From the NCBI GenBank assembly GCA_028534125.1, contig CM052816.1, positions 30,692,001 to 30,756,000 of the forward strand: 64,000 nt of DNA, in the 5' to 3' direction. Origin of the DNA: Lama glama. Lineage: Eukaryota. The notes below the pieces were generated by a model. It saw only the letters and a program-made list of their open reading frames with translations, was not told the DNA's origin and ran no database searches. Shown here piece by piece: positions 1-12,686 of this stretch (position 1 is its first letter; each line of letters begins with the position of its first letter). Both the position numbers and the translations under genes were made by a program.

Positions 1-19
1 TCTTCCTGTAATTAAGTGC

Positions 20-560
20 ATTCCTTTCAAACAGATATTTAGTCCATCCTTCATTATAGGAAAATTGTCTGCTACTTCATTACAGTGAATTATCTTTTTC
101 TCAGAGGGTCACGATTTTCCTTATTTAGGATCATCTTTGACTGTTTCCATATCTATCATCTTCCCTCTATTCCTAAAAATCTCTGATACAGTTTCTCCGC
201 TTATAAGGTGATTTATTGAAGTCTTTCACTATGTTAGTAATTTGACAACAGTTGTATTTATTCTTCTCCCACCTGACTTCCTTTTTTGCCCCTGTGTCCT
301 ACAATGAATCTATTTTGGATTTCAGTTTCTTTCTTTTTAAACTAAGCATATCAGACTACTGTTTTATCATCTCAGTTTTCACTTCTTGGTTTATTTAATT
401 CATGTTCTTATTAAGCTATTCGAAAGGGGAAATTACACAGGAATGCTACACAGAAAGTTTTCTGTTATTCCTTGAGTTAGATTCTCTTTTTGTCAGGTTT
501 CTCCTTTTTTTCCTTTTGCCTTGTGTTCTTTCCGTTTGTTCTTATCATTTGTTTGGCACA
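20..560 (-). mobile_element. Highly diverged ancient L1 (L1M-type) ORF1-region fragment, antisense
   Basis: T-rich strand bias and motifs such as ggaaaattgtctgctacttc resemble the antisense of old L1M ORF1/5' regions; very degenerate, boundaries uncertain. Confidence 0.4.
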
Positions 561-577
561 ATTGCCACATTATGTGG

Positions 578-636
578 TTTTTTAAACATTTTTTATTGAA
601 GTGTAGCTGATTTACAATGTTAGTCTTAGGTGGATA
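578..636 (-). mobile_element. ~60-bp 5'-truncated L1 3' stub
   Basis: ttttttattgaagtgtagctgatttacaat is the reverse complement of the L1 terminus seen at 7740-7765; flanked by direct repeat gccacattat (564-573 and 637-646). Confidence 0.8.
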
Positions 637-1309
637 GCCACATTATATTTTTCAATCTCTTTGATAATTTATGGACAGATATGTCCAGACCTTCTTAATA
701 CTTAATACAATACAAAACACTCTTTAGCACTTTTCCTGCATTTTAAAACTTTACTTTCCTGCACCACAAGCCTTGATTTATTCTAGTAACTTTCCTATAG
801 TCTGATGATAATAATGGGTTGCAGAGAAGAGAGCCTGACTGGTGCTCTAGTCAGCTCTTGCTGGAGACCTGAACCATGTTTCTGACATCAGACTGTCGCC
901 AGGGACAACTCTATCCAGACAGGAGAGTGCATCCTTTCTTGAACCTTTAGCTCTCCATTCCAATGTAGCCTAAGATCCTTCAACTTAACCAGCTTCTGAT
1001 GGCACCTCTTCTCAAATCCTGCTATGGTAAATGGATATCCAGGGCTGCCTTTGTACCCACTATCTATGTAATTCCCTCCTAATGAGTAAATATTACTGAA
1101 AATTCTGTGTTTAGCTTAACTCTTCCCTCAGGGCCATTTCTGATTGTGGTGGTGTACTGGGAACCACCCTGTGAAGCACTAAAATATTTGTTTTCCTTCA
1201 TTAGGTAAAATTTACAATTTACATGACATGAGATTGTACCCTTTTGCTTGCTAATTTGTTGATTTTTATTCATTATTGTGAGCAACTGCTTCTATGTTCC
1301 GACTTCCCA

Positions 1310-1475
1310 ATGTATATTTACCTCCTAGAGTCCCCACTTCTTCTATCTCCCCTTCTAGAGCACAAGCTCATTAAAAGCAGAAACTCTGTTGTTTGTTCTT
1401 GACTCACTAAAAATACTGGATATGCTGTCTTGTATATAGTACAAGTTTACTTAACTGGATTTATTGGAACATGAA
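1310..1475 (+). mobile_element. L2 3' end relic
   Basis: ctcccc..ctagagcacaagctcattaaaagcagaaactctg... ending in atttattggaacatgaa, the typical L2 3' terminus layout. Confidence 0.6.
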
Positions 1476-2659
1476 AATTTTTCAATATTGTGTCCATATT
1501 TATTAAAATAACACAGCAAGCTCACTTAGTAATAAGATAAGAAAAAATTAGGAATTTATTGTATAAATATTTTATAAGTGGACAAGAATGAATAAGGAAA
1601 ATTGTAGAATGGGAAGCATTAAATATTCAAATATATTCTTTAAAAAGTCCAATTCATTTTTCAGTTATTTTAATTTAAAAATGGTGGGCCCCTTAAACTC
1701 AGCTATATCTCAAGAGCATATAGTCCATTCTTCTGTGCTTAAAATATATTGCCACTATGACCTTGGCCAAAATGGCAGAGCAGAAAGACCCTGAGCTCAC
1801 CTCTTTTCATGGGCAAATCAAAATTTCTCCTATTTATAGAGCAACTACTGATGAGACAGACAGGAATCTAGCAGTGAAGACTTCTACAACTCAAGATAGA
1901 AGATAGAAGGAAGGGAATACAATGAGAAGGGTAGGAAGGGTGGAGTCATGTGTAGTTAAGGCCCGTATGCCTGGGTAGATGACAAAAAAAAAAAAATGGA
2001 AGGATAACTAAAATTGCAGAGGTTCTCCAAGGAGCAACAGATCCAAGTGCTTTATTGGAATCCTTAGCCCCAGGGTTCTGCAATAGGAAGACAAGCCCTC
2101 AGAACATGTGTCTTTGAAGGCCAGTGAAACTTACTTTTGGGAAAGCCAAAGGGTTGTACAACATAGAGACTCTACTTTTAAAGGGAACACACAAAATTTC
2201 ACATGCACCAAGACCCATGGCAGAAGGAGTAATTTAAAAGTAACCTGGGTCAGACCAACCTGCTGATCTTTGCAAGCTTCCTAGAGAGGCAGGAGGCAAC
2301 TAGAATTCACCCTGGAGACATAGATACTAATAGCAGCCATATTTGGGAGCTTGTTCTACTACAAATATTTTGGTGCAGGAAAGCACCATTTTGGAATCTT
2401 TCCACTATCTGATTAGTGCCAGCCCTAACCTCCAGCCTGTTGGCACAAGTACTGGGATGCCTCAGGTCAAGCAATTAGCTGGCTAGGGATACAACCTCAC
2501 CCACCAGCAAGTGGGCAGCCTTAAGAACCCCTGAGCCCATAGTTGCCCTGTCACAGGGCTCTGGCCACTAAAGGGCCTTGGACCTAGACTGAAACAACAG
2601 TCTGCTGTCACCATCCTTAGGACCCCAGGACTCTATAGCCAGGAACTTCAAGATCTGGC

Positions 2660-3230
2660 TTTGCACACCAGTGGGCAGATATTAATGCCACGACCCTGTA
2701 AACCTTGGCCCCACCCACCAGCAGAAAAACATGAGCCCCCAGACCACCATATCCACACAGCCTGATGTGGTAGGACCCAGCCCACCCACCTGCAGGCCAT
2801 CACCAGGACTTGGACACCTGGACCCCATCCCTACCCACCAGCAGGACAATACCAGCTTTGAGACATCTTGGGTCCCTCAGCCAGACATTTGAGGACCTAC
2901 TCCCATCCACCAGATAGTCAACATGAGCTTTGGGACACCACAGACTCCACAGTCAGCTATGTCAGGAACTAGCCCTGCACACCAGCAGGCTGACACCAGC
3001 TCTAGGACACCTATAGGCAGAGAACCTAAAAGTCAGTTACACCCTCCACTGGGGAGCCCCAGCCTTGCCCACCAGCAGGCCAACACCAATTCAAAAACAC
3101 CTTGTGCCCCTCAGCCAGTAGTCCAGGAATCCAGCCCCATCCACCAGTGGACTGACACCAGCTTCAGAACCACCAGGGCCCTGCAGCCAGCGACCATGGG
3201 ATGTGGCGTCACCCAATAGTGAGCCAGCAG
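2660..3230 (+). repeat. Degenerate ~72-bp monomer array in the L1 5'UTR
   Basis: ccaccagcag-like core recurs at ~2715, 2786, 2835, 2907, 2980, 3069, 3141, 3213 (spacings mostly 71-73 bp). Confidence 0.8.
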
Positions 3231-3293
3231 AAAGGTAGGAAAATGTAACCAACCTAGCAGATACAAAGGAATAAAAACTGCAAATTAGGCAAA

Positions 3294-3935
3294 GTGAGGT
3301 GAAAGAGTATCAAATGAAAGAACAGGATAAAATCCCAGGAAAAGAACTAAGTGAAATGGAGACAGGCAGTCTACCAGAGAAAGAGTTTAAGGTAATGATT
3401 GTAAAGATAATCAAAGAACTCAGGAGAAGAATGGATGAATACGGTGAGAAATTTAACAAAGCAGTAGAAGACATAAAGAAGAACCAAACAGAGCTGAAGA
3501 ATATTATAACTGAAATTAAAAATATATATATATATATATACACTAGAAAGAATCAAAAATAGATCTGATGATACTGAGGACTGGATCAGTGAATGGGAAG
3601 ATAGTAATGAAAATCATTTAAGCTGAACAGAAAAATTTAAAAAAGAATAAAAAGAAATGAGGACAGTTTAAGAGATCTCTGGGATAACATCAATACGTAC
3701 TAACATCTACATTATAGGGATCCCAAAAGAACAAGAGGGAAAGGGGAAAGGGACATATTTGAAGACTTAATAGCTGAAAATTCCATTAACCTGGGAAAGG
3801 AAGTAGATATCCAAATTTAGGAAGTACAGAAAGTCTCACACAGGATTAAACCAAAGAGGATCACACTGAGAATTTTTAAAGGCATTTAACCAAGTAAAAA
3901 AGAAAAGACCATAACTAGAAACACAAAAATTACAA
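3294..3935 (+). pseudogene. L1 ORF1p remnant (disrupted, internally deleted)
   Basis: ORF 3299-3562 gives QMKEQDKIPGKELSEMETGSLPEKEFKVMIVKIIKEL, typical of an L1 ORF1p N-terminus; broken by (AT)n at ~3522-3540 and a jump to the ORF1 end at ~3871. Confidence 0.9.
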
Positions 3936-4356
3936 ATGTAAAAAATTTCACTGGTAAAGCAAATATAGAGTGAAGGTAGCAAATCAACAAAGTACGAAGG
4001 TAGTAGGAAGATTAAAAGACAAAAATAGTAAAACCATTTTCACCTGTAGTAAGTAGTAAAAAGATATACAAACAAAACGATGTAAAATATGTCAAAAATA
4101 GTAACCATGGCAGGAGAGGAATAAAAATACAGATTTGTTAAAATACATTTGAAAATAAGAGGTTAGCAACTTAATCATGTATATTTGTAAACGCTGCTAT
4201 TTATAAACTTCATAGTAATGACAAATCAAAAATATGTAATATATACACAATAAAGAGAAAGAAATTCTAACACTAAAGACAGTAATCAAATCACAAGGGA
4301 AGAGATCAAAAGGAACAGAAAAGAATCACAAAAACAACCAGAAAAAAATTAACCAA

Positions 4357-7300
4357 ATGGCAATAAGTACATACCTATCAATAATTACCTAGAATGTAAA
4401 TAGACTAAATGATCCAATCAAAAGACATATTGTGACTAAATGGATACAAATCAAGATAGACACACACACACAGGGACACACGCATGAGACTCATTTCAGA
4501 TCTACAGACATACAGATTAAAAGGAGGGAATAGAAAAGATATTTCATGCCAATATCAATGAAAAGAAAGCTGAGGTAAAAAGACTTAAATCACACAAAAT
4601 TGACTTTAAAGCAAAGACTGTAACAAGAGACAAGAAGGACATTACATTATTATCAACAGATGAAGCCAAGAAGATATAGTGATTGTAAATATATATGCAC
4701 CCAACATAGGGGCATGTAAATACATGAAGAAAATTTCAACAGACATAAAGGGAGAAACTGACAGTAACACAATAATAGTAGAGTGCTTTTAACTTTCCAG
4801 TTATATAAATGGACAGATTATCCAGACAGAGTATCAATAAAGAAACATTGGCCTTAAATGACACATTAGACCAAATGCACTTTACATATACATTCCATCC
4901 CAAAGCTGCAGAATACAAATTCTATCCCAAAGCTGCAGAATACAAATTCTTTTCAAGCGCACATAGAACATTCTCCAGGACAGATTGCATGCTAAGCACA
5001 AAACAAGCCTCCATAAATTTAAGAATCAATCATCTTTTCTGATCACAATGCTATGAAAGTAAAAATCAACTCTAATGAAAAGAAAAAAAGGCAAAAAACA
5101 AAAATACATGGAGGCTAAGTAATATGCTACTAAACAACCAGTAGATTACTAAATAAATCAAAGAAGAAATAAAAAAATTCTTAGAGACAAATAGACAAAA
5201 CAGAAACAGCAATCCAAAATCTACAGGGCACAGCGAAAGTAGTTTTAAGAGGAAAGTTTGTAACAATATAAGCCTACCTCAAGAAACAAGAAAAATAACT
5301 AATAAACAAGCTAACTTCAAACCTAAAGAACTAGAAAAAGAAAGAACAAAACCTGAAATTAATAGATAGAGAGAAATCATAAAGATCAGAGCAGAAATAA
5401 ATAAAATAGAGACTTAAAAAAATAGAAAAGATCAATAAACCTATGAGGTTGTTCTTTGAAGATGAAAAATTTGATAAAGTTGTAATTAGACTCATCAAGA
5501 AAAAAAAAAGAGAGGGCCCAAATCAATAAAATCAGAAATTACAAAGGAGGAGTTACAACTGATACCACAGAAATACAAAGGATTATGAGACTACTGTGAA
5601 CAATTATATGATAATAAAATGGAAAACCTAGAAAAAATAAACAAATTCATAGAAATATACAAGACTGAGCCAGGGAGAATAGAAAATATGAACAGACCAA
5701 TTACCAGTAATGACATTGAGTCTATAATAAACACACCTAGCTAATGCAGTTAGACAAGAAAAATAATTAAAATAAATACAAATTGGAAAGGAAGACATTA
5801 AACTGTCACTGTTTGCAGATGACATGATATTTTATATAAAAAAATCCTAAAGATGCCACCAAAAAAGTAGTGGACCTACAGGATAAAAAATTAATATACA
5901 GAAATCTGTTGCATTTCTACACACTAACAGCAAACTATCAAAAAGGGATATCAAGAAAATAATCCCATTTATCATCACAATAAAAGGTATAAAATACCTA
6001 GGAATAAATCTAACCAAGAGGTGAAAGATTCATGAACTATAAGGCAATGATGAAACAAACTGAGGAGGACACCAACAGACGGTAAGACATACCACGTTCA
6101 TGGATTGGAAATATTAATATTGTTAAAATGACAATACTAAAAATACTAAAGCAACCTAGAAATTCAATGCAATTCCTATCAAAATATCAATGGCTTTTTT
6201 CAAAGAACTAGAACAAATAATTCTAAAATTTGTATGGAAACATAAAAGACTCCAAATAGTCAAAGAAAGAAGAACAGAGGTGAAGGTGTCATGGTCCCTG
6301 ACTTCAGACTATACCACAAAACTACAGTAATCAAAACAGCATGGGACTGGCACAGAAACAGACACACTAATTGATAAAACAGAACAGAGAGCCCTGAAAT
6401 AACCACATGCGCTTATGGTCAGTCTATGACAAATGAGGCAAGAATATATAATGGGGAAAAAAATCCCTTTAATAAGTGGTGCTGGGAAAACTGGAAACGA
6501 CATGTAAAAGAATGTAGTGAGGTTTTCTCACACCATATGCAAAATGAACTCAAAATGGATTAAGGATCTAAATTTAAGACTGAAAACCATAAAATTCCCA
6601 GAAGAAATTATAGGTAGAATATTCTTTGACATAAATCGCAGCAACATTTTTTTTTTTGGATTGGTCTCCTCAGGCAAAGAAAACAAAAACAAAAATAAAC
6701 AAATGGGACCTAATTAAGCTTAAAAGACTTTGCACAGTAAAGAAACCACTGATCAAACAAAAAGATAACATACTAAATAGGAGAAATATTTGCAAATGGT
6801 ATGACTAATATCCAAAACATATAAACAGCTCATACAACTCAACATAAAAAACAAAACAAAAACCAAACAGGACTGAAAAATAGGCAGAAGATCTGAACAG
6901 GTATTTTTCCAAAGAGGACATGCAGATGCCAACAGGCATATTAAAAGATGTTCAACGTCACTAGTCATCAGGGAAATTCAAATCAAAACCACAGTTTGTT
7001 ATCATCTCACACCTGTCAGAATGGCTAGCATCAAAAAGACCACAAAAAACAAATGTTTGCAAGGCTATGGAGAAAAGGTAACCCTTGTACACTGTTGGTG
7101 GAAATGTAAATTGGTGTAGTCACTATGGAAAACAATACTGAGGTTCCTCAAAAACTAAAAATAGGACTACCACATGAGTCAATAATTCTATTCCTCAACA
7201 CATAGACAAAGAAAATTAAAACACTAATTTTAAAAGATAAAATCACCTGATTATTCATAGCAGCATTATTTACAATAGCCATTATATGGAAGCAACCTAA

Positions 7301-7493
7301 GTGTCCATCAACAGATAAATGGACAAAGAAGATGTGGTCTCTATGTACAGTGAAACACTAATCAGCCATAAAAAAGAATAAAATTTTGCTATATGCAACA
7401 ATATAGATGGGCCTGGAGGGCATCATGCTTAGTGAAGTAAGTCAGACAGAGAAAGACAAATACTGTATGTTATTACTTACATGTGGAATCTAA
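4357..7493 (+). pseudogene. L1 ORF2p remnant (endonuclease / reverse transcriptase), many stops and frameshifts
   Basis: ATG at 4357 followed by endonuclease motifs (NVN.LN.PIKR, NIYAPN, TFHPKAAEY.FFSSAHRTFSR); RT catalytic FADDM at 5812-5826; C-terminal NSKWIKDLN segment in ORF 6517-6717. Confidence 0.95.
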
Positions 7494-7877
7494 AAAACAA
7501 AAAAACAAAGAAGAAATATAACAAAACAGAAGCAGACTCCAAGATATAAAGAACAAACTAATGGTTACCACTGGGAAGATGGAAGTAGGGAGGGCAAGAT
7601 AAGGGTAGCGGATAAGAGATACACACTATTATGTATAAAGTAAGTAGGCTACAAGGATACACTGTACAGCACAAGGAATACAGCCAATGTTTATAAAATT
7701 TTGAAATGCTATATTATACATATGAAACTAATATAATATTGTAAATCAACTGTACTTCAATAAAAACTAAATCAAAATGTATTGCTGTAAGTTATTAATG
7801 AAATTGCTTTTGTGAAGCATGGTGGATGTTTAAGTTATTCATAATTGTTTTCCTGTAAGACTTCAAGAGAGGTGTTT

Positions 7878-8085
7878 ACAAGCATGGATGTTGGAGGAGA
7901 TTACCTCGGTTCCGATCTCAGCTCTGCCTCTTACTAGTCATAACACTGGCCAAGTAACTTAATGACTCTGTGCCTCAGTTTCCTTGTGTGTAAAACGGAG
8001 ATAACAACAGTGCTACCTAATAGATTGCTGTGGGAAATGAATGGGTTAATATATGAACTATGCATTGATGGTACCTAGTGCATAC
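7878..8085 (+). mobile_element. MIR SINE
   Basis: MIR core caagtaacttaatgactctgtgcctcagtttccttgtgtgtaaaacggagataac. Confidence 0.9.
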
Positions 8086-10709
8086 TTCATGCATTAGAAA
8101 TACTTCCTGTTGTCCATAGTAACAGAATCACTGATTTACCAAGAGCAAGAAAAATAAAACCCTTGAAAGAACAGCTTTCTATTGAGCATAGACTCTGACG
8201 GATTTTAGTGGGCTTTAATATTACCAAAATATATTCTCCCTTCCTGTGTATCTCACCATTTAACCTGAATAAAGTATCACATTCTCTAATGAAACAGTCA
8301 TCCAATAATTTAAATTTTTATGAGAGCTATATTTGGCAGTTTACCACCGGATATTGTGCTTTGCTGAAAACACTGAAAAGAACAATTTGAAATGAAGACG
8401 GTCCTTCAAATATTGAGAAGTATCCACTATAGGAAAAAACGGGTGAAAATGATGGGCCGGTCATTTCAGTTGAGACTAAGTATGAACCTCTGTTAAAATA
8501 TCAGAGCCAAAGATTATTTACTAAGGTTGTCTTGATGCAAATAATCTGGTACTTGTGGATACAGAGCTAGTGATTTAGGTATTAAATTTCTGAAATTCAT
8601 TAAGTGCGAAATAAAACAAGTGAACTCTATCCCACATTTTCCAGAGAAATAAGCGTAGGTAAACGTAAGTCATTTCAAATTGATAATACAGATCTATTAT
8701 TTACCTACACTTCATGGAGCATTATACTGGCTTTCATTCTGTGAGATACAAGATTCTTAAGGATTGCCTCAATGATGAAATATTGAATGAAAAGATCTTT
8801 GGGGGAAATGGGACATATCAACACTGTAATGAAAAAATTCTAAAAGCTGTGTGAAACTTAGCTGAGGGAGGGACTGCTTTCTGTTTATCAATCAACTAAG
8901 TAAGTATACTTTCAGAAGTTGTTCTCATTATTGCTATTTAGCCAATAATCCTATTTTAATGTAACGTCAAATTTTCTGAGAGACTCCATATTGCCATTAT
9001 CATTGTTTCATTAATCATTGTAGCAGCTTTTGGAATTAGAGATGGATAAATTTGAATAAATTTGAAAAAAGTCTTATAAAATCTCTCCCTTCCTCCCTCT
9101 TTCTCTGCCCCCTACCCTCTTCCTTCTCCCCATCATTTTCTTCTCTGGCCTCCATCTCTTGGTTCATATACAGAAGACTCTACATTATCCTGATGATGGA
9201 TTAGCAAGGACGCTGCTGAAATGAGTTAGTGAGTTCTGTGTTTATCACATAAAATGCTTCCAAGTCCTTTTCAAATCTCATTTCCTGGAACTGTATCAGA
9301 AGCAATGCAACTAATTTTTCAACTTTCTTCAAAATACACAGGGAGGAGAAAATAAATGCATTATATTACCTACCTATTGACCTTCTTTTGATTTTAGAAT
9401 GCTTACACAGATGATATGCTACCCTATGAAATGATTTCAATTATTTACTTTTATAACTTTAATTGCTTTTCATATGTATTTTGCCTAGGCTTTTAAACAA
9501 TGTGAAAGTGATCTGTAGTCAGAAAGTATACGGTGACATTCTTATCAATGCAATAAATTAAAATAAACTCAACAAATTCATCCAAAATATTTAACATATA
9601 TTTGGCAGAATACATGTATTTGATGCAAATGACTCATAATTTATATATTTTTATGATCATCCTTTTCCAAAAATGATTTTGGCATGTTGCATTTTCTAAA
9701 ACCCTCATATATTATGATTGTTAAAATGGAAATAGGAAAGCAGTACAGTTACAGTTGCTGAACACTTAATTTCACTTTTAATTTCTTGGAAGTCTAGTCA
9801 AAACCAGATTACATGGTTTTCATTGTTTGACAGAAGTGGCATACCAAATTTTCTACAGAGTCAAAATTTTGCTAGTATTTAATTATAAAGATAATTGATT
9901 ATTTTGACCTTACAGGGAGAATATATATATACACCATGCCTTTGAAATCAATTTTAGTGACAAGTGATTTTTTTAAATTCTTAAATTTCCCTTAATTAAA
10001 CCCAAAAGCTTGATACTAAAATTCAATATAAACAGATGATACGTGGCTATCGGATGGTCGAACTTGATACTTGAATCAAAACTTAAGAATCCAGTAGAAA
10101 AATGTCATTGTTATAGAGTAGCTTCCTTAAAAAAGTCTTTTTTTAGACAGAACCCAAGTGAACAACAGTTTTTACTAAGTCTCGGCTAACAACCTGATAC
10201 TCCACTGCGTTCTACCCATCTTTGTGCTTAGGAACTAGCATGAGGCTTGGCACAGAAAACATGTCTTCACATACTCCAGAAGTGTTTGGGGTGACATCCC
10301 ATCATGAGAGTTAAATGATCTGACACATGTTCTCACTGAAGTGGAAGACTGCAGCACTGCATTTGTAGGGTGGCCAGGACTGATAGTGGCCGGCCCTAGT
10401 TTCCCCGAAGACTGTCAGATGAGCTGCATTCACGCTACATCCCTGACTAATGAGACAAGCTGACTAGACTTAGTATCTGTAACTTGCCTTTTCAGACTTG
10501 GAAGAAGAGGTGGGTGCATACTGAGTGGACTCCACTTTAGGGGCTGTGTCATTTATTTCTGAGGCCATAATTATTAATTTTAAAAATTGGTTGAGTGAGT
10601 CATTTCTAATGAAATTTGAGTTGTTTTTATTGGAACTGTAAAAGTGTCTCTGAGATTGGAGATATTGGAAAGAACATCTCAAGTAGCAGCCACAATTTGA
10701 GCATATTTA

Positions 10710-11090
10710 AGTTTTTTCCTAATAATTGTGAGAGATTCCAAATATACACAAATATTGAAATAGTTCAGTCAACAAGTATAAGCCAACCTCACAGTGTCAA
10801 CAATTAAAAGTTTGCTATATTTTGCTTTATCACCTGCTATGCATCTTTGCAACTATCTATATTTGATGTATTTCAAAATAACTTGCAGAAATCAAGCTGG
10901 CACATGTGTATGCTTTGCTTCTAATGCTTCAGCATGCAAAGTATGAACCAGAGTTCAATAATTGTATGTGGATTTTTTTGGGGGGGAGGTAACTTTACAA
11001 GCAATAAAATATACAAATCTAAAAATTACCATTCAATAATTTAGGGGATATGTCTATTTTTGATTCACACAACCACTCAGTACACACTCA
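10710..11090 (-). mobile_element. L1MC/L1MD-type 3' end fragment
   Basis: Same layout as the antisense L1 3' end at 47460-47800 (ttgcag..atca...cttcagcatgca...tttaca). Confidence 0.65.
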
Positions 11091-11577
11091 GGAAAATATC
11101 TATTGAGCATATTTTATCACAGCTTGGAGACTACGCACAGATAATCAACAGTCTCCTATATAGAAAAAACTACAGAAAATGTAAAAACGTCTTTGAAATG
11201 AACAGCTGGGAATCTAATTATTTGGTTTATCCAATCTTACAAGTAACTTTCAATTCAAAATGTAAGAAGCACTTTTTAAGTGGCGACAAAAGTAATCTAC
11301 AAAAAGCTAATTTTATTATATCAACCTTTTTCTTTATCCAGTTGATACGATATAGAAGGCATGACTTGAAACACCATATACCTGAAGCTCTAAGTTGTAC
11401 AAAATGTACCACAAGAAAATGACACATATATTGATTTGCAGTACATCACGTAGCTTGTCTTCACTGATGGCTTGCCCTGCCAGGAGTGCAGGGGAAATTG
11501 AAGGTTGGGCTCCAAAACTAAGTATTAGCCAGTGCCTATCCATGGGATGTGGAGGTGTTTAACCTACATCCTCCTTT

Positions 11578-11782
11578 CTCTATTCTGAATAATGCTACTA
11601 AGAATATTAGTGTACAAGTATCCCTCTGAGTCTCTGCTTTCAGTTATTTAGCTGAAAACAATAAAAACAAAATAAACAAAAAGGTCCTAATTAAATTGAA
11701 AAGCTTCTACACAGCAAAATAAACAAAATGAAAGATGAACTTCCAAATGGGAGAAAACATTAGTATACAATGCAATCAACTA
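11578..11782. mobile_element. Two short L1 ORF2 fragments joined in opposite orientation
   Basis: 11578-11650 is antisense ORF2 3' region (gaataatgctact..gtacaagtatccctctgagtctctgctttcagtt); 11652-11782 is sense and parallels 6678-6800 (aaaacaaaataaacaaa..cctaattaa..aaaagcttc.acacagcaaa). Confidence 0.8.
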
Positions 11783-12489
11783 TCAAATGGTATTACTTGA
11801 CATTGTACAGCTATACACAGAGACAGTGTGTGTGCGTGCATGTGTGTGTGTACACAGCCGTATTCTCAAGGAAATATGAGTGGCATCACGTATAAAATTT
11901 TATGTATAATCCAGTACGGCCAAATAGTAATAAAGAGAGAGAAGACTCCCTAGAAAATCATCCACATAATAAATCACTGTTTAATAACCACTGCAGCCAT
12001 AACATTCTGAGCATTTATTCTCAAGTTGAAACTAAAATTGCTGTAATTTTTTTCCTTGTAATTTTTTTTTCCTGAAGACATTTAGCTCAAAGGAACATTG
12101 CTCTACAGTCATTGCCCCTACTGGCTATTTTGTTCCCATAATGTTACAACTGGGTTCACAAAACTCAAGGTCACCAACAATCTAGTCAATGGTCACAAGT
12201 CAATCATTGGCTTGAAAATTCTCTCTCCTTCCAGACCAATATTTAGAATAAATCTAGTTAAAATTAACACGTATCATAATGCATCCCCCAGCTTTTACAA
12301 GGACATATGTTCTTTTTATGACGTTTAAATAATGCCATTCACATAAATTTACTTTGAGATATACTATTTCCAATTTCATATAAATCTACAATGCAGGCGC
12401 ACGGAGTTTAACCTTCAATGTCTCCTCCAACGTTAAATATAAAAGAAGCAATGAGCTTCACACTGTTTATGAGATACTGACTATACACA

Positions 12490-12686
12490 TAGAAGAGGAT
12501 AGTGCACATCAAATTAGAAGACCAGGATCCTAAGGTTCTAGCCTAAGTTTTATGGAAAAGTGTGGTCTCAGCAAAATCACTTCATTTCTCTGAGCCTCAT
12601 TAATCTCACTTGTTAAAAAGAAAAAAAAAAAGATAATTGGCAAGAAGTTTCAGGCTCTTTCCAACTCTGAGGTTCTATGACTCTAA
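12490..12686 (+). mobile_element. MIR (MIR3/MIRc-like)
   Basis: tcacttcatttctctgagcctca core and terminal ctttccaactctgaggttctatgactct. Confidence 0.75.

Larger units (their letters stand above)
1755..7773 (+). mobile_element. Near full-length, internally deleted LINE-1 (cetartiodactyl L1_Art-like)
   Basis: 5'UTR start caaaatggcagagcagaaagaccctgagctcacc; ORF1 and ORF2 remnants; 3'UTR with AATAAA at 7759-7764; TT|AAAA site at 1739-1744 and candidate TSD aaaatatattgc (1741-1752) / aaaatgtattgc (7774-7785). Confidence 0.97.

Noticed and set aside
2660..3230. Regularly spaced repeats superficially like a CRISPR array
   Set aside because: Whole monomers are degenerate copies with no unique spacers, lie inside an L1 5'UTR, and the DNA is mammalian with no cas genes
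3310..6968. Many hydrophobic minus-strand ORFs that look like membrane peptides
   Set aside because: Antisense reading of A-rich L1 sequence gives F/L/I/S-rich frames; not genes
9080..9160. Polypyrimidine tracts (also ~36260-36330, ~42500-42575, ~46270-46325)
   Set aside because: Common low-complexity sequence without perfect mirror symmetry or a linked exon
10470..10568. Minus-strand MASEINDTAPKVESTQYAPTSSSKSEK peptide with possible GC donor (aag|gcaagt)
   Set aside because: Short, not recognised, non-canonical donor and no partner exon identified
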